NCBI RefSeq assembly: GCF_006345805.1 | Contig: NW_021834886.1 | Coordinates: 1-44,505, forward strand | Direction: 5' to 3' | DNA length: 44,505 nt | From: Octopus sinensis | Taxonomy: Eukaryota | Part shown: in pieces, positions 34,401-44,505 of the stretch | Numbering within the stretch: the first letter of the stretch is position 1 | How the letters are laid out: each line of letters begins with the position of its first letter | Notes under the pieces: model-generated | The model's database searches: none | Seen by the model: the letters and a program-made list of their open reading frames with translations, nothing else | Told to the model about the DNA's origin: nothing | Program-made: the position numbers and the translations under genes

Positions 34401-34989
34401 TTCGGGGGCATACAGCTGGTTTCAATTACCCTAGCAGAAGCGTAAATAATTTCATTTAACTCAGTAAAATCAGGTTTTAATTCTCATATTATTTCATTTG
34501 TTACATAGTTGCCAATTTGGATTTGTTTTTTATTTTGGTTTGCATTTGAGAGTTTATGAAGTGGTTCTCTATCATTCATACTTGTATGTCTTACAACTTC
34601 AAGTGTATTCAGGATTTTCTGCCTCATTTCTGCCATAGACTCTCTGTGTTCTTCAGCAAATGCGAGATCTTCAGTTACTGTTTTTTTTTTGTTTTCCTGG
34701 CTATCTTTAACAGGTACAATAGAATTTCTTGTATCTTCAGGCCTTTGCGTACTTTGGTCAGATGGCAGTCTTTCAATTAAGCCTCGTGGCGGGCTATACT
34801 GTTCATCTGATTCTTCATTTCCTTTGTGTCTTATATTTATGTTATTTTCCGTTGCGTGCTTGATCGCGCTTATTTCACTGTCTGTGAGTCTGTTATTTCT
34901 AAGGATATCCCTCCTCACATTTGCTAATTTGTTCTCGTCCAAATAGGGCCTACTGTCTTGATTCCGTGTTCTCCATATACTGTAAGAGT
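31467..34989 (-). mobile_element. Near full-length R4/Dong-like RLE retrotransposon (disrupted ORF), 3.5 kb
   Basis: LDENKLANVRRDI N-terminal motif, NYRPITCL, WIDYKKAFDSIPH, GIFQGDSLSPL, MDDLKLY, CRFC..HLISGC, LLIDMSIP..KYKDL; (TAA)n on both sides. Confidence 0.93.
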
Positions 34990-34997
34990 TATTATTA

Positions 34998-35082
<85 letters not shown>

Positions 35083-35115
35083 CATCATCATAATCATCAT
35101 TATTATTATTATTAT

Positions 35116-35975
35116 GGTGAGATTTTCAACCTCTTTACTCACAAGATTCATGTCATTTGGTATGGCTACATCAAGGGTCTGACAGTATTTGTCTCTCTTA
35201 TTCAATATGACAATATCCGGCCGACGGTGTTCGATTACACGATCCGTCAGAAAATCATAGTCTCAGAGTATCGTTACTTTTCCATCCTCCTGCATAACTT
35301 TACTTAGTACATGCTCATATCAGTTCTCTGTTACTTCATATTGGTATTCACGGCATAAGAACCATTGAAGATACACACTTTATCGTAGCGGTGCTTGTAT
35401 TCTTTTTGTGCAAGGCTCTCACATCCACTTACTAAGTGAGTCACATTTTCCACACTCTTCCCACAGAGTGTGCATTTCTGGGTATCAGAAGTTTTATAGA
35501 TGTTATACTTCACTGACTTAGTACTGAGAGCCTGGTCTTATGAGGCAACGATCAGGCTTTCGGTGGTTCGCTTCAAACAACCTCGCTCAAGCCATGCCCC
35601 CGATGCTGTATTATCCTTAACGCCTTGTGTGTTCCTTTCAAATTGTACATGCATTCTCATTTCAAGAAGGTTTTCTTTTCTCTTCTTCTCAGCTCTTTAG
35701 TTAAACTCTTCTTTGCCCATCATTTCATCCGCAGCTACATCCATATCTTTCGCGGCATATTGCAGCAGGTCTTCATCACTATTTATCAAATACTCGGCAA
35801 ACGTTCTCCTATCAATCCTTATACAATGGTCTATACAAATTATTCCTCTGCCTCCATTCTTTCTTTTCATATACAGTCTGTTTACGTTTGCTTTAGGGTG
35901 TAGCGCTCCATGCTGCGTCATCGACTTTCTCGTCCCTCTATCCAGTGTTGGTAGTTCCTACTTAGTGCATTTGAG
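35116..35975 (-). mobile_element. R4/Dong-like internal fragment, truncated at both ends
   Basis: HGALHPKANVNRLYMKRKNGGRG, KCTLCGKSVENVTHLVSGC, LDVAIPND; related to 18105-19331. Confidence 0.85.
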
Positions 35976-35981
35976 ATAATG

Positions 35982-36042
<61 letters not shown>

Positions 36043-36725
36043 GATTGAAATTATAGACCACCTAATCTCAGGGTCTAGAGTCTTAGCACCTGTAGAATAT
36101 AAAACAAGACATGACAGAGTCGGCCAGTATTTACTCTGGACAATATATCGGCATTATAAAATCAAAAACCGCTGACTGAGGGAGAAAATGTGTCGATTCT
36201 ATGGGACTTCCCCGTACATACCGACAAAACTATAAAAGCTAATAAAACGGATATTATCATAAAAGATCAGACAAAAAGGTGTGTTTATTAATTGACATGA
36301 TTATTCCTTACGATCACAATATATCAGCGAAAGAATTTTTAACAAGATTAATAAATATAAAGACTTGCTAATAGAAATTGAAAAAATGTGGTATCTCAAA
36401 GCGACTACAGTACCTGTGATTGTAGGATCTCTAGAAATGATTAAAAAATGGTACTGAAACCTATTTGAAAATGATACCAGGCTTACCATCCCTACAGGTA
36501 GTGCAAAAAATCGTATTAACTGGAACGGCTCATGTACTGAGAAGAGCATTATTGCTGTGAAAATAACATCCATTCATGAATTTATTTATTTATTAATTTT
36601 TGAATACATATTTTACCTGTGAATTTGCGTGCGTAATCTGGGAATGCATACAATGAGCTTCTCTGCCTTAGGTGTACAGAAAAAACTCGGCAAGAAACGG
36701 AAGAAAATTTGAAGAAAGAAGAAAA
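36043..36725 (+). mobile_element. R4/Dong-like 3' fragment, same family as 31467-34989, opposite strand
   Basis: IDHLISGSRVLAPVEYKTRHDRVGQY; 3' end CTCGGCAAGAAA.GGAAG.AAATTTGAA is shared; (TAA)n on both sides. Confidence 0.88.
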
Positions 36726-36740
36726 ATAATGATAATAATA

Positions 36741-36806
<66 letters not shown>

Positions 36807-36809
<3 letters not shown>

Positions 36810-37365
36810 TCCCTGATGCAGTACCAGGCAGTGGCTCTCATGGCTTCTGATCTTAACTGATTGGAAGTGTTATCATGTACATTGTTTTGTCTTGGTATAA
36901 AAGATGGGCTACAGCAAATATTCTGCTCAATACCACAGATTTGCTTGTCAGTTGTTTGACCTTAACCAGTTGAGCATGTCCCTTAGTGGCTGATGATATG
37001 TGCATCTCTGATCACGAGCAGAAGTAGTGGGGGAGCATCATAGCCATGTATTGAGAGGAATTCTTTGGGGTTTGAATAATTCACCTTTGGAAACATGGGT
37101 GTTTCGTTCAACATCCTTAAACAACCCTTATTCAGGGACCTTTTGAGCGGGATGGGCTACACGACCTGAAGAAAATTCTAACTGGACCCCCACCTGCAAA
37201 ATCATGTGCTGTTTATCTTGATATGAGATCACCATGTCGCGCACTTATGGTTGTGATGCATGTGCCTGGTGTACCCTTATCAGACGGGTAGTCATGATGG
37301 GTATACTGGGCTTCGTATATTTTACCCCAATGTCACTTTGATGGCATGAACTGCACTCTCACTCA
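36807..37365 (+). mobile_element. TAA-tailed ~560-bp non-coding retroposon embedded in (TAA)n
   Basis: Flanked by (TAA)n on both sides; four copies or tips in the window share the same 3' end. Confidence 0.85.
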
Positions 37366-37399
37366 ATAATAATAATAATAACAATTATTATTATTATTA

Positions 37400-37432
<33 letters not shown>

Positions 37433-37865
37433 GTAGTAGTAGTAGTAGTAGTAGTATTGTTGGTGTTGTTATGCTTTGGGAGGGTCGAATTATAGACAAA
37501 AGCACACGCAACAGTTATGGCATGCTATCTCTCATCTTTATGGATGTTTATTTCTGCAGCATCGAATTTTGAAACAGCGTACGACACAAGATTATTACAA
37601 ATGTTTCGAGTTTCAGCCGAGGATGCAACAAAGAAACCCCAAAAAATAAAATTTGGTGCAGACATAGAATGTAGAAATATTAAGTTGATATAGCTGGGAG
37701 TTGACTCTGATCACCCGAGAATGCGTATGTATGCAGAGATTGTTGAATCATATTAATTTAGTATTGGGCACACATTATGTAACATCCAGCAATTTACAGC
37801 TGATAATGTTGCGTTGAAACAAATGTGATTTATATTAACCTCCGCTCAATCCATGTTCCTCTGTG

Positions 37866-38055
<190 letters not shown>

Positions 38056-38543
38056 ACACACACACATTCTCTAGCTTTCTTACAGAGAGGTCTAACGCTC
38101 CTAGCTTAGACATTTTTTTGGGGGGGGGGGAACCAGATCGAACTGTCTAAAGTGTAACTGCACGAAACGGCCGTGACTTTTGTGACTTGACTGAGGAAAG
38201 AAGGCCACGAATGACCTGTCTATTTTTGCCTGCTTTTCTAATTGTTGTTTCTCTTGTCCGCCTTGTACCGTCTGTCTGTCCGAATGTCTTATTGTACTTT
38301 TTTGTTCCATTATATATATACTTGTATATGCTATGTCATGAGAATTTATAGAATGGTATCCCATAGAACTTAACAAATCTGGTAAAAATGGAGAAGAGAT
38401 GTTAAAGTTTGAAAGAATTTTAATACATGCATACGATCGTTTCAAACAGCGATATTAACATGTAAATTCATGGTGGAATAGTTAAGTTAATTACATAACA
38501 CTATTTTCTTCAGTGCAAGAAGTATAAAAAATATTATTGCTAT

Positions 38544-39315
38544 AGAAGCTTTGATGAAGGAAATAGCATAGAACAAATTCGGATATACATATTTATCCTT
38601 ATGAAATTTGAGAGCAGCATAATAAAGAATGCGAGTCTAGTTGTGTATAAACTAAAACTGAGGCAGCTAACGGTTATTTGAAAATAGGAGTGGAAAATGT
38701 TTTATGAGACGTTCCCTCCACAGAAGAGTAAGAAGATAAGTAGTTCGAACTCCAAATAAGTCATTTATTAGAGGAAGTTTTATAGAGGTGACCAATGGAA
38801 AAGCATAGTTATGTTTGAATTAGGATATGACTTAACAGTTATAAGTAATATTAGGTACGGTGTGCATTTAAAAAAAATGTGTGAGAATGAAATTAAACTC
38901 GTGAATGTAGTTATATAGGAGGCTGCTAGAAAGCAACGAGAACAAGTTTTAGTTGTAGAAATGCTTAAACAGCTACATATAATTTGTTTTTAACACACAC
39001 GGTACCTAATATTACTTATAACTGTCGAGTCATATCCTAATTCAAACATAACTATGCCTTTCCATTGGACATCTCTATAAAACTTCCTCTAATAAATTAC
39101 TTATTTGGAGTTTGACCTACTTATCTACTTACTCTTTTGTGGAGGGAACGTCTCTTAAAATCTTTTTCATTAATATTCTCAAATAACCGTTAGCTGCCTC
39201 AGTTTTAGTTTATACACAACTAGACTTGCATTCTTTATTATGCTCCCAATTTTTTCATAAGGATAAATATGTATATCCGAATTTGTTCTATGCTTTTTCC
39301 TTAATCAAGTCTTCT
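38544..39315. repeat. Foldback inverted repeat, arms ~38544-38873 and ~38988-39315
   Basis: The ~330-bp arms are about 85-90% identical as reverse complements; spacer ~115 bp. Confidence 0.93.
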
Positions 39316-39428
39316 GTAAAAAAAAAAAAAACCTGCTTTATAGCAGCAGAATTAATGTAAATATTTGAACTCAGATACTGAATATCTTAAAGCAGTTGGT
39401 TTCTAATTTGTGTTTGAAGTCTATGCAG

Positions 39429-39511
39429 TCATCTAACAAAAACGGTTTCTTTGCAATGATGTAATGCTTGCATTGATCAATTAAAGGAGTCGCTTGAAAC
39501 GGCTGTAATGA
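39429..39511 (+). ncRNA. Decayed type I hammerhead with long stem II
   Basis: TCAT-CTAACAA-AAACGGTTTCTTT...AAAGGAGTCGCTT-GAAA-CGGCTG-TA-ATGA. Stems are retained but G5 and G8 are A. Confidence 0.5.
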
Positions 39512-39798
39512 ATTGACACCTGTACACCTTTGTTACTCATTTATATTTTATTCCCCTACCCTAGAATCTCCACTTTGACAACTTTATAGAAAGTATTTTT
39601 GTATTTAAAGTAAGTCTGAATAACAAACAGCGAATCTCTTCTCTAAGTTGGATCGTGTTATCTGCATACACTGCAAAAATATCGAGTGCAAATAATTCTG
39701 CCCAGAGTCTGATATCCACTCGATCTTGTTTAAGTGTGCAAAGTAGATCGACATAACAAGATGCCTCAGTTTAAGTAACTAATTCAACCGAATCTTGA

Positions 39799-39836
<38 letters not shown>

Positions 39837-39838
<2 letters not shown>

Positions 39839-42212
39839 TGCAGTAATGCTGGTCCAGTCTTTTCACGAAGACACAAAAACAACAACAACAAAAGTGGAAA
39901 CTACAACCCTATCCAACAGTGCAACCACACCTCCAGCCTAAAACTGCTCCCTAAGCAGGAAAATTCTTTTTTAGCCATGTTGAACATGGCAAAAGAGATA
40001 CACAAAAACATTCTAGCCATCACTCAACACACCATCCTATGCTATTTCCCAGTGCACCAATTCATCACATTGCTGTCACTAACACCAAAAAAAAATCCAA
40101 GCCCCCTGCAACAGTCAAAACCAGCCACTACGCTAACCTTCACATTTCTACTCAATGCACAAGGTGTCAGCCTTCCATCAATGCACAAAATGGAAGGTCC
40201 AATTCATTGAAGACTGGGTTGGTAACCATCCACACCACATCCCTTTCTTCATTCTCACTGAGACCCACCTTGACAACTCCCACTTGGAAGCCGAAGTGAG
40301 AGTGAAGAATTTCACAACCATCCGCGCGGATCGTGTCGGCAGAAGGAAGGGTGGAACTGCCATTTTCCTGCATGATTCGTTTACGGCAGATGGAAATAGC
40401 ATATTCTCCAACGGCTACTGTGAATCAGTCACCGTGCGCAACAAAGCCAATGACCTGACAGTAGTTGGGCTCTATAGGCCACCCCAAACACTCATACTGC
40501 GCTTTAAAGAATGCCTCAACAGCATTAAGTGCTTTATTCAACAGTGCCATTCTAGCAACCTACTCATGATGGGAGACTTCAATCTACCCTGTGTTGACTG
40601 GACTACAAACTGTTTGAAACCAAGCACTCCCGCCTCAACCGCTGATAAAGAAGCAGTAGAGTCATTTTTCGACTTTATGAATGAGTTTTTCTTGTCCCAA
40701 CTTGTCCTTGCACCAACAAGATATCAGAAGAACATTTTGGACCTAGTGTTTAGTAACCACACTAACACTATACATAACATTATAATAGAAAAAACCCTTC
40801 TTTCAGACCATGACATGGTCCTCTGTAACATGAAATTCCACCAGCCGAAAGCTAATCCTAGTGACCTCTCTCCACCCCACCCATTTGATAACATGGATCT
40901 CCATAATGCCAACTGGGATGCAATCAGGAACGAGCTATCACATGTTGACTGGTCCTTTACACATACACACATCTCCACCAACAATAAAACATCTTGGCAG
41001 ATCTTTGTAGACACAGTCACAAATATATGTGCAAAACACTCCCCACCAAGACCTGTGAACAAAAAGTGCAGAATCCCCCAAACCAGAAAAACTATTATCA
41101 GAAAAATAAAAAGAACAAACAAAAAAATTAACAAACTAAAATACTGCCAACAGCAACACACACATTCGACGGCTATCGCACTGCTTGAATCCAAAAAATA
41201 TAACCTCCAACAATGCATGAAGACCCTCATCAATAACCAAAGATCAGCTGAGGAGAAGTGGGCCATTGAAAAAATCAAACTCAACCCCAAAGTGTTCTTT
41301 TCATTTGCGAGGAAACACAGGGTCACTGTCTCCACTGTTGGCCCTCTAATTGATGAAAATGGCACTCTCCAAGATAATGCCAAATCCATGGGCGAGATAC
41401 TGCAGAAACAATACTGCTCTGTTTTCAGCAATCCTGATATGGCCGATCTGGGCTGTATCAGTGATGTCAACCCCCAACACACTATATCGATATAACGTTT
41501 GGTGCCCCTGATGTCCTTACGGCGGATAAACGAAATAAAACACAATTCAGCAGTAGGCCCCGATAGATTCCCTGCTTGTGTCCTGAAGGTGTGTCGACAC
41601 CAACTTGCATCTCCCCTTGCTAATCTGTGGAGAAACTCACTGGATGCTGGCTATATTCCTAAAAACTTTCTGTCCCAGTCTGTTGTCCCAGTTTTCAAAA
41701 AGGGAAACAAGTCCCTTGCAGTGAACTGCCGTCCGATCTCACTCACCTCTCATATCATCAAGGTATTTGAGAGGGTGGTGAGATCTCGAATAACCCAATT
41801 TCTGGAAAGCAACAGACGGCTGATCTCTAACCAACATGGGTTCTGTAATGGAAGGGACTGCCTAACGCAGCTCCTGCATCACTTTGATGACATTTTGAGA
41901 GCTTTGGGAGAGGGCTCCAACACCGATGTCATCTACCTTGATTTCAGCAAGGCCTTCGACAGGGTCGATCACAAGATCCTATTGAAAAAACTATCCAACA
42001 TTGGTGTCTCTGGGGAAAGTTATTGAAATGGATCAAGTGTTTCCTGACAGACAGATCTCACATGTTGTAGTTGAAGGAGTAAAATCAAGCCCAGCCAAAG
42101 TCATTAGTGGCGTTCCGCAAGGCACTGTGCTGGGCCACTTCTTTTCATCATCTACATTAATGACATTAATGACATCATCAAGCACAGCAACATAAAAATC
42201 TTTGCAGATGAT
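39837..42212 (+). mobile_element. CR1/L2-like LINE with APE endonuclease and RT, frameshifted and 3'-truncated
   Basis: APE motifs ILTETHL, VVGLYRPP, MMGDFNLP, NILDLVF, SDHDMV (40155-41495); RT motifs RPISLTS, NQHGF, YLDFSKAFDRVDH, SGVPQGTVLG, KIFADD (41499-42212). Confidence 0.93.
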
Positions 42213-42286
42213 ACATATATATATATATGTATATATATTATTTTGTAATATGTTATATGTATATGTATATATGTATATGTTATATG

Positions 42287-42370
<84 letters not shown>

Positions 42371-42811
42371 GGTCAGTTGAGTTACAGGTTAAAGTATCCG
42401 TCTAAAGGACAGAAATATCCATTACACTACGAGTATATTTAACAACTGATAGATGGGATGCAGTCCACTTGCATTCAATGAATAAATAATAATTTAAGTC
42501 GATTGTTAATCAGTACACCCCCTTTTTCTGTTTTCTTTATATATATATATATTTATCCTATATTAGTAGTATATATGTATATGTATATATATAGTAATAT
42601 ATATATATATACATTCATACATACATACGTATATATGTATATGAAAACATATACATATGTGTGTGAGTGTATATCAACCCTAGATTACGTTACATTATGT
42701 GAATGCATCTAAGATGTAGCTGCAACAAACGGTTTTGTATTAAGGAATTCTCTGTGCATTTCATGTGTGTGAAAGACGTATGCGTAGCAGGAAGAGTAAG
42801 AAATAGAGGAG

Positions 42812-42848
<37 letters not shown>

Positions 42849-43009
42849 GGGAAAGAAACATAAATGGAGGCAGAGAAAGAAAGAGAGAATGCACATACAC
42901 ACACACACACTCACACACACACACACACACACACACCTATCTATACATACTTCAGCAAAAGTGATGCTCACGCATAGACTGTGTGCATAATGTGTGTGTG
43001 TGTGTGTGT

Positions 43010-43319
43010 ACATTTGTATGTATGTATGTATGTATGTATGTATGTATGTATGTATGTATGTATGTATGTATGTATGTATGTATGTATGTATGTTTGTATG
43101 TATGTATGTATGTATGTATGCATGTATGTATGTATGTATGTATGTATGTATGTATGTATGTATGTATGAATGTATGTATGTATTTATGTATGTATGTATG
43201 TATGTATTATGTGTGTATGCATGTATGTATGTATGTATGTGTGTATGTATGTTTGTATGTATGTATGTATGTATGCATGCATGTATGTATGTATGTATGT
43301 ATGCATGCATGTATGTATG

Positions 43320-43353
<34 letters not shown>

Positions 43354-43503
43354 TGTATGTATGCATGCATGTATGTATGTATGTATGTATGTATGTATGT
43401 ATGTATGTATGTATGTATGTATGCATATGTATGTATGTATGTATGTATGTATGTTGTATGTAGTATGTATGTATGTATGTATGCATGTATGTATGTATGT
43501 ATG

Positions 43504-43537
<34 letters not shown>

Positions 43538-43603
43538 TGTATGCATGTATGTATGTATGTATGTATGTATGTATGTATGTATGTATGTATATATGTATGT
43601 ATG

Positions 43604-43637
<34 letters not shown>

Positions 43638-43735
43638 TGTATGCATGCATGTACGTATGCTTGTATGTATGTATGTATGTATGTATGTATGTATGTATGT
43701 ATGTATGTATGTATGTATGTATATATGTATGTATG

Positions 43736-43769
<34 letters not shown>

Positions 43770-43887
43770 TGCATGCATGTACGTATGCTTGTATGTATGT
43801 ATGTATGTATGTATGTATGCATGTATGTATGTATGTATGTATGTATGTATGCATGTATGTATGTATGTATGTATATATGTATGTATG

Positions 43888-43921
<34 letters not shown>

Positions 43922-44210
43922 TGTATGCATGTATGTATGTATGTATGTATGCATGTATGTATGTATGTATGTATGTATGTATGTATGTATGTATGTAGTA
44001 TGTATGCATGTATGTATGTATGTATGTATGCATGTATGTGTGTGTATGTATGTATGTATGTACGCATGTATGTATGTATGTATGTATGTATGTATGTTTG
44101 TATGTATGTATGTATGTATGTATGCATGTATGTATGTATGTATGTATGTATGTATGATGTATGTATGTTTGTATGTATGTATGCATGTATGTATGTATGT
44201 ATATATGTAG
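43010..44210. repeat. ~1.2-kb imperfect (TATG)n tetranucleotide array
   Basis: Direct reading; source of the MYVC/HTYI ORFs. Confidence 0.97.
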
Positions 44211-44222
44211 ATGTGGTGTGTG

Positions 44223-44266
<44 letters not shown>

Positions 44267-44505
44267 TATATATATATGTAGTATATATGTATGCATGTGT
44301 GCTTTTTGTTTCTGTTTTATCTTATGGATGTGATTTAATGAACGTTGTACGCCATTTATAAGCACACATCCACTGAATATGTGTAGAATGTTGGAGTATA
44401 ATAAAGACGCAGATGCGAATAAACTCACATACAAAAATATATGTGCATATATATATATATGTTCTTGTATGCATATTATATATGTGTGTGTGGTGTGTGT
44501 GTGTC

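Noticed and set aside
38101-38445. 114-aa minus-strand ORF as a Penelope GIY-YIG endonuclease remnant
   Set aside because: Only a vague resemblance and no clear GIY or YIG motif; needs an HMM search.
42690-44434. Long ORFs of 245-498 aa (MYVC/HTYI repeats)
   Set aside because: They are translations of the stop-poor (TATG)n array, open in several frames on both strands.

Overview
Repeat-saturated, AT-rich eukaryotic genomic DNA. The SINE families, microsatellite density and LINE types look like a coleoid cephalopod (Octopus-like); this is inference from repeat sequences only. No host protein-coding gene could be supported, and nearly all ORFs in the track are microsatellite or antisense artefacts. 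The window holds: (i) more than 10 fragments of RLE-type non-LTR retrotransposons (R4/Dong-like: RT, CCHC knuckle, PD-(D/E)xK endonuclease), whose intact 3' ends mostly run into (TAA)n on their own strand, including a 9.7-kb cluster at 27.7-37.4 kb; (ii) CR1-like, RTE-like and L1/Tx1-like LINE fragments, one of them a nested insertion with an 11-bp TSD; (iii) two tRNA-derived SINE families, one in a 4-unit tandem array; (iv) five 85-330 bp inverted repeats. The main finding is a (TA)n-flanked tandem array at 22017-23400 with 583/591-nt units. Each unit junction forms a core-perfect type I hammerhead ribozyme (CTACG-CTGAAGA-long stem II-GAAA-CGTACG-TC-CGTAG), the architecture of a retrozyme or Penelope-LTR-like self-cleaving repeat that could yield ~590-nt monomeric or circular RNA. 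A diverged homologous hammerhead with compensatory stem changes lies at 21551-21631, and four decayed hammerheads are scattered elsewhere.
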